Shown: in pieces, positions 1-8,503 of the stretch
How positions within the stretch are numbered: position 1 is the first letter of the stretch
Layout of the letters: every line of letters starts with the position of its first letter
DNA from: a virus
IMG/VR virus record: IMGVR_UViG_3300029867_000009
Location: 1 to 36,754 of that record
DNA: 36,754 nucleotides
Reading direction: 5' to 3' (one strand)
Notes under the pieces: generated by a model
What the model saw: the letters and a program-made list of their open reading frames with translations, nothing else
The model's database searches: none
What the model was told of the DNA's origin: nothing
Program-made: the position numbers and the translations under genes

Positions 1-119
1 ATCTCGTCTGCTGTGTTAGGCGTGTAAGCCTGGCCGCCCCAAGTGTCGTCAATGATTGTGGGGAGAATGTCTTCGTGCATCATAACGCTGCGAATTATAC
101 CGTGATCGTATAGAGGAAC
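1..119. repeat. Terminal direct repeat copy A (identical to 36636..36754); circular-closure overlap
   Basis: Direct comparison shows 1-119 = 36636-36754 base for base. On the minus strand, 1..83 duplicates the first 83 nt of CDS 36290..36718. Confidence 0.97.
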
Positions 120-121
120 AA
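94..121 (-). promoter_or_regulatory. sigma70-like promoter inside the late operon, reading into the GNAT-fold gene
   Basis: The minus strand reads TTGTTC (121..116), 16 nt, TATAAT (99..94). The ATG of the downstream CDS (83, equivalent to 36718) lies 10 nt past the -10 with no SD between. Confidence 0.4.
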
Positions 122-124
122 TCT

Positions 125-373
125 TCATACTAAAATCCAGCCTTGTGTTTTATCACCTGAGATTTCAGATAGCTTTTTGATATACAGAATATTCCCTGCT
201 GTTCCTGAGGTGTCCATATATAGCTTTGTTTGCTCTGCAACTAGAACCCCTTCAGGCGATCCGGAACCTTCAGCTATTTGCAGGCGCGTGACCTGATCTA
301 ACCAAGTAGTGAACCGAATAACTGATTGTCCATTGTCATCGACTATTTTTCTATCAGGCTGTGCGATGGTCAT
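125..373 (-). CDS. Small virion-module protein of unknown function, in the position downstream of the gp10-like hub
   Basis: 82-aa ORF with an ATGA overlap with the upstream gene at 370..373. It has a C-terminal GSPEG...LYIKK...GW motif of the kind seen in phage tail-associated proteins. No family assigned. Confidence 0.6.
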   Translation of the reverse strand: MTIAQPDRKIVDDNGQSVIRFTTWLDQVTRLQIAEGSGSPEGVLVAEQTKLYMDTSGTAGNILYIKKLSEISGDKTQGWILV

Positions 374-1827
374 TTAATATCCGCCTCTAGCTTGATGAAT
401 ACTTTCTTGACCTGATCGCTACAGCCGAACCGGAACACCTCGAACCTTTCAGCTCTACCGTTCCTGCGCCATATAGAACGGTGATTAAACTCTCCGATCT
501 TGCCCATTGAGCGAATGCGGGGGTCTGTGTATGTCTTGCCGTCTAGGCTTCTATCCATCCATATCTTAGGATCTGTAACGTCGCTATTGCCTACGCCGCT
601 TTCTATGGTCAGTTCAATTTCTGGAACAAGTATTCTGTCGCCATTGTTTGAAAAGGGAACCGTTGCGATAGTGCTTATGATGTCTGCCCCGTATTCTCCG
701 AATATATCTAGATCAATCTCTCCTACACGCCCATCAACCGCGTCACCTATCAGAATGCGGGAATAAGCCTTAACCATGCTGTTTGCACGCCAACGTGTGA
801 GACTTGAAACACCCTCATCAATAAAGAGGCTCTTTCTTTCGTGCCAGCGCCCGCTAGTCATATCGTAGAAGATAGTTGTTGTCGGCAGTATCCAGCCAAC
901 GAACCTTGATCCGGCTTCTGAATAATGAAGGGCTGAAACTCCGCTTAACTGTACCTCTGTCAATAATTCTAAAATAACGTTGATGCCATCAGTCGATACA
1001 AGCTGAACATTGCCGCCAGATGATTGATATATTGATGGCTTTTCATTCTCGGATCCCCCGATGAAAAAGAAACTATCCGAGACATTCGCAAGGGAAAATG
1101 CGGCAAACACACCAACGTTAAGCGCCCCGCCCTCTACTCGAACGAAAGGAAATCCAGAACCGCCCGCATTACGGAACACCTCAATTGTTTCTGTGCCGGT
1201 GATATATAGCTGATTGTTACTAACTACAGGCGCAACAATATCGTCAGGGTCGGCCTCTGCTGTGCCAAAGTCTGTTGCGGTGTATACAAGCCCATTGTTC
1301 AGGTTTGAGACAATGAATTTCTTACTGTCAGTTGTGAACAAAAAGAACCCATCAATGAAAACTACATGCTGTGGGTTTCCGTTGGCCGTAAAGTCTGAAT
1401 CGGTTATTTCCTGAAAAGGCGTTCCTGCGTTCTCATCAAAAATATAACCCTTGCCGCCCGGCACCAATATACAAAGCTGGTTCCCATTATCAGCCATACT
1501 AACGCGCCCGTCGCCTTCAATAGTGCCTAGCGACGTAGTGGTGAAGCTTTCAACGCTTTGCGCGTCAACTGTCCTATTGAGCCTGTAAAGCATGTCACCG
1601 TTTACAAAGTACGGGATGCCGCCTTTATTGTGCGACCCACGATTAACTTGCTGGTTGGTGCCTGTTGTTGCTAATTGGTTGGATCCTGGCGTGCCCCATA
1701 AACTCTCATCAGCTAAACCGCCGCCTTGGTTAATATGCACATAAAGGTTTGTGCATTCCTGCGCTGATATAGGAAGGCTTCGGCTTACATAGAAACCGCC
1801 TGTTAATGGGAGTTGGGTTTTTACCAT
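370..1827 (-). CDS. Tail hub / packaged-DNA stabilization protein, P22 gp10-like
   Basis: 485 aa. The C-terminus (...HRSIWRRNGRAERFEVFRFGC...VFIKLEADIK) parallels the P22 gp10 C-terminus (...VLWKRVGRIRRLIGFKLRV...CQIRLE). Size and synteny with the gp4-like gene agree. TAATG coupling at 1827. Confidence 0.6.
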   Translation of the reverse strand: MVKTQLPLTGGFYVSRSLPISAQECTNLYVHINQGGGLADESLWGTPGSNQLATTGTNQQVNRGSHNKGGIPYFVNGDMLYRLNRTVDAQSVESFTTTSLGTIEGDGRVSMADNGNQLCILVPGGKGYIFDENAGTPFQEITDSDFTANGNPQHVVFIDGFFLFTTDSKKFIVSNLNNGLVYTATDFGTAEADPDDIVAPVVSNNQLYITGTETIEVFRNAGGSGFPFVRVEGGALNVGVFAAFSLANVSDSFFFIGGSENEKPSIYQSSGGNVQLVSTDGINVILELLTEVQLSGVSALHYSEAGSRFVGWILPTTTIFYDMTSGRWHERKSLFIDEGVSSLTRWRANSMVKAYSRILIGDAVDGRVGEIDLDIFGEYGADIISTIATVPFSNNGDRILVPEIELTIESGVGNSDVTDPKIWMDRSLDGKTYTDPRIRSMGKIGEFNHRSIWRRNGRAERFEVFRFGCSDQVKKVFIKLEADIK

Positions 1828-3452
1828 TAGCGATCCATTATCCTAAAATAACTATCCGTTTGCGCGGTTAGGTCGCCCGTTCCGGTGTTATTCGCTACTT
1901 GTAGCTTGACGTAATCATTTTGATCTAGCGTAACGTTTATATTTATATCAAAATCGCCGCGGTCTGTGCCACCTACAAGATTATTGATATCTCTTGTCTG
2001 CGTGTAAACATCAATAAAGCTTGTTGCGGAACTATCGAACTTTACAACCTTGACCGCCACGTCATTATTTGCAGGGCCTGCAATAACAAGGGATGATATA
2101 ACTGTGAACTCTCTAGGGTCGTTGCCAATGTGCCGTAGCTGTCCGTTACTTGGTTCATCAAAGTGCTGTAAATCCGTTGGCCCCCATGTTCCCGCGAGGT
2201 CAACAAATGTTGATGGTGATGAAATTGTAGTTGTTGCAGTACTATCAACGTTAAGCGTTCCTCCAACGTGTGTATTCGGCATTCCTTGGTTTCCCGACCA
2301 TGCGCTTGCCAATTCCACCTCTGTTATATTTGGCGTGATATTAGAATCAGACGCATCAGAAGTGCCGTTACGGGTAATAATAGCGCCCGTTATCTGCAAT
2401 GTTGATGGATTGGCAAAGTTAGCGGCTGCAAAATCAAAGAAAGAGGCGCTTGCCGGAAGGTCAATGTTCTGATTGCTTCTAAAGCGTGACTGCATAAGAA
2501 AGCTCGCGCCAGCCTCAAACAATGACCCCGTGAACCCCGAATCTAGGCCTCTAACGATAGACACATCAATGAAGTAACCGCCCGCCCATGCGCCTTTTAG
2601 AATAAGGTTAGGAGAGCCACCAAAGCGTCCAGTTCCAGACTCTAACCCCTGGCGGTAATTGTCGATAGTTCCAAGGGAAGTACAATTGTTGTAGTTAATG
2701 CGCGCAAACTCAAATGCTTCGTTGCCGGTATCGCTTACAATGTCATAAACCTGTGATCCCGCGCCCGTAACTTCGATGGCGTAATCTTTACCCAAAAGGT
2801 TGCCGCTGCCACCTACGGGAGATGTAAACATCGTGTAAGCGCCTGCGCTCGATATTAGCTTTGAAACATCGAAGTTATAGCCAGATAAATTCAGGCCCCC
2901 TACAGGAATTTCAATCTGTGTGGCTCCCATGTCAATAATGCCGTCAAGAAAGTATTCTTTGGTGCTGTCAAGCGCGCCTGATAGGTCCGAAGCGCTTTGA
3001 ACCAAGATTCTATTAATGCCGCCAAGTGATCCCGCTACGGCAAGAGTAACTTGATCATTTGATTTAGTGATGTTCATGCCGTCACCAGCAATCAATGTGG
3101 ATAATGTGGGGTCTTCAATGGTGAAGTCGTCTATAAGCTTGATGCCTGTCGCGCCCTGTTGCATACCAGATTTAACTTCAACGCTTTCTTGCGCATTAAT
3201 TGAAGTAATAATCCCGTCACCCCCAACAATGGAGCGAATGACCTTAGTTACACCTTGGTCGTCAAGAACCTGTGCGCCTGTTGCCTCGCCCCCTTGAACA
3301 ATGGTTCCCACAGTGCCGAACGCTGCAATCATATCAGATGCAGGGATTTTAAAGTTAACCCCCGCAGACACGAAATCAAACGTTGCATCACTAGGAATTT
3401 CCGTATTAGCCGGGAATGTTGATTTTCTTATGCCTTGGCTTCTAACTACCAT
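1827..3452 (-). CDS. Tail fibre/tailspike-like structural protein (541 aa)
   Basis: Long ORF in the virion module, rich in G/S/T/N beta-type segments (GGDGIITSINAQESVEVK, GDGMNITKSNDQVTLAVAG). It overlaps the adaptor gene by 11 nt. No family recognised. Confidence 0.45.
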   Translation of the reverse strand: MVVRSQGIRKSTFPANTEIPSDATFDFVSAGVNFKIPASDMIAAFGTVGTIVQGGEATGAQVLDDQGVTKVIRSIVGGDGIITSINAQESVEVKSGMQQGATGIKLIDDFTIEDPTLSTLIAGDGMNITKSNDQVTLAVAGSLGGINRILVQSASDLSGALDSTKEYFLDGIIDMGATQIEIPVGGLNLSGYNFDVSKLISSAGAYTMFTSPVGGSGNLLGKDYAIEVTGAGSQVYDIVSDTGNEAFEFARINYNNCTSLGTIDNYRQGLESGTGRFGGSPNLILKGAWAGGYFIDVSIVRGLDSGFTGSLFEAGASFLMQSRFRSNQNIDLPASASFFDFAAANFANPSTLQITGAIITRNGTSDASDSNITPNITEVELASAWSGNQGMPNTHVGGTLNVDSTATTTISSPSTFVDLAGTWGPTDLQHFDEPSNGQLRHIGNDPREFTVISSLVIAGPANNDVAVKVVKFDSSATSFIDVYTQTRDINNLVGGTDRGDFDININVTLDQNDYVKLQVANNTGTGDLTAQTDSYFRIMDR

Positions 3453-3936
3453 CTATTTCGTCCTGTGTACCGGTTTCTACACCAATTGCGCCCGTTGTCT
3501 CGGATAGGATCTCTTCTTCGGTACACCCATAGTATTTGCGGCTGTTCGTGCTGTTGTCGTAATTGCCAGAACCTCGCGGTAGCGTAGAAGGAAATGCGGT
3601 TTCACCTAACACAATTCCTAGCTGTTGCATTGTTTTCAGGCCGGACTCTGCCGCCCTAACTAATCCAGAGCTAATGTCTCCTCCATAATCGGGGGAAATC
3701 TCTATAGCTATGTTCGCAATAGCGCCCCGTAGAGCGCCAAGGGGGATAGTAACTTCATCACTGAGGCTTGTGACCACCGTATAGCCAAGTTTCACGCCTT
3801 GAGCGTCTAGGTCCAGCATGTAGTTGTTCATAGAAAAGATTGCATCACTGAACTCGTCAGCCTGCAATTCAGCGTCTGCACCTTGAACAAGTATGCGCTT
3901 TAATGATGCTTCTAGAACTTGTGCAGCGGTTGCCAT
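3442..3936 (-). CDS. Head-to-tail adaptor, P22 gp4-like
   Basis: 164 aa. ...IANIAIEISPDYGGDIS...AFPSTLPRGSGNYDNS... parallels P22 gp4 ...LACRIAPDYALEAT...PYPSRMPTGSGNSF... It lies downstream of the capsid gene. Confidence 0.65.
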   Translation of the reverse strand: MATAAQVLEASLKRILVQGADAELQADEFSDAIFSMNNYMLDLDAQGVKLGYTVVTSLSDEVTIPLGALRGAIANIAIEISPDYGGDISSGLVRAAESGLKTMQQLGIVLGETAFPSTLPRGSGNYDNSTNSRKYYGCTEEEILSETTGAIGVETGTQDEIDGS

Positions 3937-4074
3937 TTATTCGGCCTTTTTCTCTTTGGATTTCTTCTTAGGTCCACGCTTGCGTTTCCAGCCGAAGCCT
4001 TCAGCCGCCGCAATTGATCCCTCTGTTTCGTTAACTTCAAGCTCAACACCGCTTGGTTTTACCCACATACCCAT
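3937..4074 (-). CDS. Small Lys-rich ORF (45 aa) between the capsid and adaptor genes
   Basis: Hand translation gives MGMWVKPSGVELEVNETEGSIAAAEGFGWKRKRGPKKKSKEKKAE. GGAG lies 7 nt upstream of the ATG, and the stop abuts the adaptor ATG. It is below the ORF-track length cutoff. Confidence 0.45.
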   Translation of the reverse strand: MGMWVKPSGVELEVNETEGSIAAAEGFGWKRKRGPKKKSKEKKAE

Positions 4075-4088
4075 AATAACACTCCGTG

Positions 4089-4119
4089 AAAAGGTAGGGA
4101 GCCGCCGAAGCAGCCCCCC
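4089..4119 (-). terminator. UUCG-tetraloop hairpin plus short U tract immediately after the major capsid gene (leaky terminator or mRNA stabiliser)
   Basis: The minus-strand RNA is GGGGGCUGC-UUCG-GCGGCUCCC, a 9-bp stem with two G-U pairs, followed by UACCUUUUC. It lies 14 nt after the capsid stop, and (GA)5 sits at 4120..4130. Confidence 0.5.
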
Positions 4120-4132
4120 GAGAGAGAGAAGT

Positions 4133-5419
4133 TTAACCGAAGCTCTTACCGGCCATGAATGGATTCATAACGCCGTAAGCTGGTAGAATATCAACCCGAA
4201 GAACTTGCTTGTTCTGGATCAAGTTACCATCAAGAGCCATACGCATTGAAATACCGTCAACGTTAACTACGCTGTTGTCCATGCCGTGTAGCTTAGGAAT
4301 GTCAACAAAGCCCAATGTGAAGGCGTCAGGGTGCCAGAATAGATTAGGCTGGAAGGTTGTTGATGCAGCACCAAGTAGGGTGATGACATCAGTTGCAACA
4401 ATCGCGCTGTCTACAGTGTTATAGGCACCAGCGGCTTCAAAGATGGCTGGACCTGCGATAATGATAGTACCATCACCGGAACCGTCTAGTAGAGCATCCG
4501 CTGTAACAACGGCAGTAAATGGAACCTTAGCGCCGGTTTCATCAATGATCGGATCGCGTGTTGACTTATCAAGTGCGAAACGTCCAGAAATGCGGATAAC
4601 TTCACCAGCACGAATCTGAAGGTTAGCCTGGAAACCAGTGATCGCAACTGATTGCGTCATAGTGTCCTTGGCTGCAAGATAAGTAACAACCGGGTTAGTG
4701 TCGATAGCACCGGCACGATCAGCGCCAACCTCTGAGGAATATGTAGGTAGCGTATTAGCTGTGAACACGTCCATTCCAGCAAAGTTTCTAGTGATCAATG
4801 CTTTTTCGTGAGCTGTATCAACAAGTGAGTTACTACCTGAACCCAAAGAACGCTGGTCGCTAGCTAGGGCGCGCTGGGTGAATGGGTTAACATAGTATTT
4901 CCATGCTTTATCCATTGGTACGCCGTTAGCCTGCATTACTGCGCCAGCATCGGCCACATGATCCCATGTGCTAACTGCTGTGCCGTATGTACCAGAAAGC
5001 AAACCAGCATTTTTACTGATAAACGCTGCATAGTCACGCTCTAGGTCAGTTGCAAGGCGGGTAGCCATTGGACCAAAGATAGACTGAAGCTCGCCGGGCT
5101 TGCCTTTTTGGTCAAGCTCAATAGCTTCTTGTAGGCGGTTATACTCAACCCATACAGTACGCCATTCCTGGACTGTAGCAGTTGCCTTACCAGCAATCAG
5201 AGCGCTTGATGTTGAGGAAGTCAAATCACCAGTTGCATCAGTAAATGATGTGTAATCGTGCGGGCGCTTAACATCAACCTTGTCACCTGTTGACGGGTTA
5301 AACTGTCCTGAAATCAACTGTGTGTTAACGCCTTTTGACAGCACGCGAGCACTATCAAAAGCAGGGAGAAACTTACGAAGAAGTTTTCGTGTTATGTTGC
5401 TGTCTAAATTGTCAGCCAT
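4133..5419 (-). CDS. Major capsid protein (P22 coat / gp5-like)
   Basis: 428 aa, directly downstream of the scaffold gene. Length and order match the P22 coat family, and it is followed by a strong hairpin. Confidence 0.8.
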   Translation of the reverse strand: MADNLDSNITRKLLRKFLPAFDSARVLSKGVNTQLISGQFNPSTGDKVDVKRPHDYTSFTDATGDLTSSTSSALIAGKATATVQEWRTVWVEYNRLQEAIELDQKGKPGELQSIFGPMATRLATDLERDYAAFISKNAGLLSGTYGTAVSTWDHVADAGAVMQANGVPMDKAWKYYVNPFTQRALASDQRSLGSGSNSLVDTAHEKALITRNFAGMDVFTANTLPTYSSEVGADRAGAIDTNPVVTYLAAKDTMTQSVAITGFQANLQIRAGEVIRISGRFALDKSTRDPIIDETGAKVPFTAVVTADALLDGSGDGTIIIAGPAIFEAAGAYNTVDSAIVATDVITLLGAASTTFQPNLFWHPDAFTLGFVDIPKLHGMDNSVVNVDGISMRMALDGNLIQNKQVLRVDILPAYGVMNPFMAGKSFG

Positions 5420-5429
5420 TTCTAGTCAC

Positions 5430-6233
5430 CTATTTATAGACGGCCCTTTTGTTAATGTCCGGTTCTTTATCCGGTATGCCTGAACCACTAACAATAGATA
5501 CAGGCTTTGGGGCCGTGGTTGTTTTCCGTGTGCCTGTAAGCTTAGGTTTGACTTCAGAGTGAATATATACAGCGGCCTGTGCTAGTGACATTCTAAAAAC
5601 TTTATCACGTTCTACAGGGTCGTTAGCTAAATGGGCTGTAATCAGCGGTCCGTGTGCGTCATCAAGTATATGATAAAACAAACCTTCCGATATTCCATCC
5701 CGCGCAAGGATATTAGCGCTGTCATTCATTGCTGCTTCTTCAATACCGAATGATTTCGCTGAACCCTCGTATTTAGTTACACGCTGCTTTTGTACCTCTT
5801 GGTTCTCAACCTGCTTACGGTAAGTCTCTTGCTGGATTTGCGCTTCATGCGCCTGTTGTCCTGCATTAAACTCAGCACGTTTAATTATTGCCGCTTCCCT
5901 TGCCTCGACTTGAGCCTTGTATTTGGCCGGATCATCGAAATGTTCATCGGGGTTAGGGAGTGGCGGAAGTTCTGGTGCCTTATCCTCTGGCAGCTTGCCT
6001 TGCATTTCTGTTAACTGGCGTTGTAGGTCTTCAGCTCTGCGCTCTGCTGCGCGTTGTGCTCCAACCTTCTGCCCGATTAACTCGTTGACTTTAGCTTGCT
6101 GCGGTTCGTCAAAAGTAACCTTCGCTTCCTGTTCAACCGGGGCGTCACCCTCTGGCTGTTCTGCTTCTACCGGTGCCGACTCGGTAACAACATCTTCTAC
6201 GATGTCTTGCGGCTCATTCTGGAAATCATCCAT
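5430..6233 (-). CDS. Scaffolding protein
   Basis: 267 aa with an acidic N-terminus and a long charged helical/coiled region (AERRAEDLQRQLTEMQ..., QQETYRKQVENQEVQKQR). It lies between the portal and capsid genes. Confidence 0.7.
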   Translation of the reverse strand: MDDFQNEPQDIVEDVVTESAPVEAEQPEGDAPVEQEAKVTFDEPQQAKVNELIGQKVGAQRAAERRAEDLQRQLTEMQGKLPEDKAPELPPLPNPDEHFDDPAKYKAQVEAREAAIIKRAEFNAGQQAHEAQIQQETYRKQVENQEVQKQRVTKYEGSAKSFGIEEAAMNDSANILARDGISEGLFYHILDDAHGPLITAHLANDPVERDKVFRMSLAQAAVYIHSEVKPKLTGTRKTTTAPKPVSIVSGSGIPDKEPDINKRAVYK

Positions 6234-6315
6234 TTTTTAATGCCCTTATAGGTGTAAATGCCACGCTTCACCCAGCGCGTAGGGGTAGTTTATCATAAAG
6301 TTAACCAAATTCAAG

Positions 6316-8502
6316 TTAATCAATCTGTTCCTGTCCTTCAGTAACAACATTCGATTGTGTTATGAAATTATCTATGATGCCAGGGCCGGTGATAACGTCA
6401 GCGCCTGAAGCTTCTCGAATAGTCTTCATTGTGTCAGCGTTCGTGTTCAGCCTCTTAACCACATCATTCAAGGCTGTATTGGTTGCTTCCTGCATTTTGA
6501 GAAGCTGATTGAACTGCTGGTCACGGGCTTTTAAGTCAAGGTTTGAAGACTTCTCAGCGAATGTAACGTCCTGCTCTTGCGCCTTCAATTGAAGTTTAGC
6601 TGCTTCAATCTGGTTAAGCTGCTGCTTATTAGCTGTGTCAGCCTGTAATCGCGCTGCTTCAATCTGGTTTCTCTGGTGGTCAGCGTCTGCTTTCGCTTGC
6701 TCCGCTTGTGCCAGCACCATCTCAGCGCTCGGCTCTTGTGGCTGTTGTGCTGCACGGGCTGCCTGTTCCTTCTCATCGTCTGTTAGTTGGTCTTCAGGAA
6801 TCACACCACTACTTAATAACTGATGGCGTGAACGTTCGGCAATCTTATCAATGCCGGGTGTGGAAATGTTATTCAGTAGAATGTCTTGGCCAAGCGCAAT
6901 GATAGAAGGATCAATAGCAGCAAGCTCAAGCAATCCTTGCACAGTCTCTTGCTGGCGGCTGTTGAATGAAGGGCCAGCGGTGCAAGTCACATCATACTTG
7001 CCTATGGTCAAATCATTAAGCGTGACTTGCTCGCCTGTTTGTTGGTCAATAGTTACTTGGTTGATGTCCTGCATGTCGAATGAACCATCTTCGCTCATGA
7101 TCCGCACTTGTCTCTCAACATCGTAAACCTTCGGCAGTGCATCCAGTATTAAGCGGCCTGTCTGGCAAATAGCTATCTCAAGCGCTTTGAAGTATTTAAC
7201 CGTGATGTTGTTGGATTTCGTTTGAAGCTTCTCAATAGCCACGCCTGATTGTGCGTTAGGGTTGTTGCCCATGCCCGCAGCGAAGATACCAGACGCTGAA
7301 CCCATAATCTGTTGCATACCGTCAGACATAACACGCAGGCCTTGGTTAATCTGTGCGCCGCCGTTCTGCTGTGGTGGTCCTGGTACTGTAGCGTCATTGT
7401 TATAGAATTGAACAGGATCTGCATTGGTGTTTAGTGTGCGTAAAGAATCTGTATGCCCTTTAGCTTGCTCTGTGGTCATCCAGTACTTAGCACGCGGAGC
7501 TAGTGCGCCTTCCTCAATCTCACGGGATAGCGAGTAATTCATAACCCGCTGCGGGTCTACAAGCTTACGTACAGCGCCGTGATAGGTAGTCTTGTTCTCG
7601 ATAACCTTAAAGTTACCGTATGCAGGGACAAGAGGGATCTGACTAAAAACTGTTTCTTCTTCTTCTTCAAGCCATCCGTCTGCGTCAAACTTACGCATGA
7701 AGAACGTATCATCTTTAACCATGCGCGTGTCTTGAACTGTTTCACCAGCGGCGGCTAGTTCGTCTTCAATCTTCTTGAAATCTTCGTCGTTCTCAAACAC
7801 ACGGCCAAGGCTAGTCTTTACAAGCTCGCGCTCTGTCTGCTTTCGGTAATAGATATGCCCAATGACTACAGTTTCCGCCTTGTCAAAGTATGCGGTGGCG
7901 TCGTTGCCATCACTAACACTTGAGCCGGAACCTTCAGGCCATAGCTGCTTGAACTTCTCTGTAGGAATTGCGGATAACAGAAAACCATACTCACTGTCTG
8001 ATGCATCTCTATTCTGTGCTCCAACGTCAAACCAAACCCTGTCAGTGAAATTGTAGATTGGCTTTACAACAATGTCTTGGTCGAAACTATTGTCGTTCAG
8101 GAACTCACTAACAACCATCCATCCATCTATTCCAGATGTGACAACGTTGCGCCCTGCGTCTGCGTAAATTCCCTGTGCATTGGATAGGTTCTCGATATTC
8201 CTCACCATACCATCACGCAGCTCTGCAAGCTCTTTGGTCGCGTCGTTTCCTGCGGGGGAAATCTTAATGTCAAAGTCTGACTGTTCAATGTCTCCTGAAA
8301 TCTGGTCAACGATTGGTGAAGTCATATCAAATGTATAACGGGGCTTACCCTCGCAATCAGACCAGAACTTTGGTTCCCATTGACCATCAACCTTGGTAAC
8401 AAATAAATGATCGTCGCGGGCTAATTCCCTTTGATCATCATCGGCGGATTGTGCCTCTTCTAGTAACCGGATCGCTACTTCGTGTTTAGTAAAGTCTGGC
8501 AT
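6316..8502 (-). CDS. Portal protein (P22-type, with a long C-terminal helical barrel)
   Basis: 728 aa, immediately after TerL. The C-terminal Q/A/K-rich helical tail (QAKADADHQRNQIEAARLQADTANKQQLNQIEAAKLQLKAQEQD) resembles the P22 portal barrel. Confidence 0.85.
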   Translation of the reverse strand: MPDFTKHEVAIRLLEEAQSADDDQRELARDDHLFVTKVDGQWEPKFWSDCEGKPRYTFDMTSPIVDQISGDIEQSDFDIKISPAGNDATKELAELRDGMVRNIENLSNAQGIYADAGRNVVTSGIDGWMVVSEFLNDNSFDQDIVVKPIYNFTDRVWFDVGAQNRDASDSEYGFLLSAIPTEKFKQLWPEGSGSSVSDGNDATAYFDKAETVVIGHIYYRKQTERELVKTSLGRVFENDEDFKKIEDELAAAGETVQDTRMVKDDTFFMRKFDADGWLEEEEETVFSQIPLVPAYGNFKVIENKTTYHGAVRKLVDPQRVMNYSLSREIEEGALAPRAKYWMTTEQAKGHTDSLRTLNTNADPVQFYNNDATVPGPPQQNGGAQINQGLRVMSDGMQQIMGSASGIFAAGMGNNPNAQSGVAIEKLQTKSNNITVKYFKALEIAICQTGRLILDALPKVYDVERQVRIMSEDGSFDMQDINQVTIDQQTGEQVTLNDLTIGKYDVTCTAGPSFNSRQQETVQGLLELAAIDPSIIALGQDILLNNISTPGIDKIAERSRHQLLSSGVIPEDQLTDDEKEQAARAAQQPQEPSAEMVLAQAEQAKADADHQRNQIEAARLQADTANKQQLNQIEAAKLQLKAQEQDVTFAEKSSNLDLKARDQQFNQLLKMQEATNTALNDVVKRLNTNADTMKTIREASGADVITGPGIIDNFITQSNVVTEGQEQID

Positions 8503-8503
8503 A

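Noticed and set aside
1-119. The terminal repeat could be a genuine direct terminal repeat (DTR) of a T7-like packaging strategy.
   Set aside because: The terminase pair looks Sf6/P22-like (headful packaging), and the repeat bisects a CDS and a promoter. An assembly overlap of a circular or permuted genome is more likely. This cannot be settled without reads.
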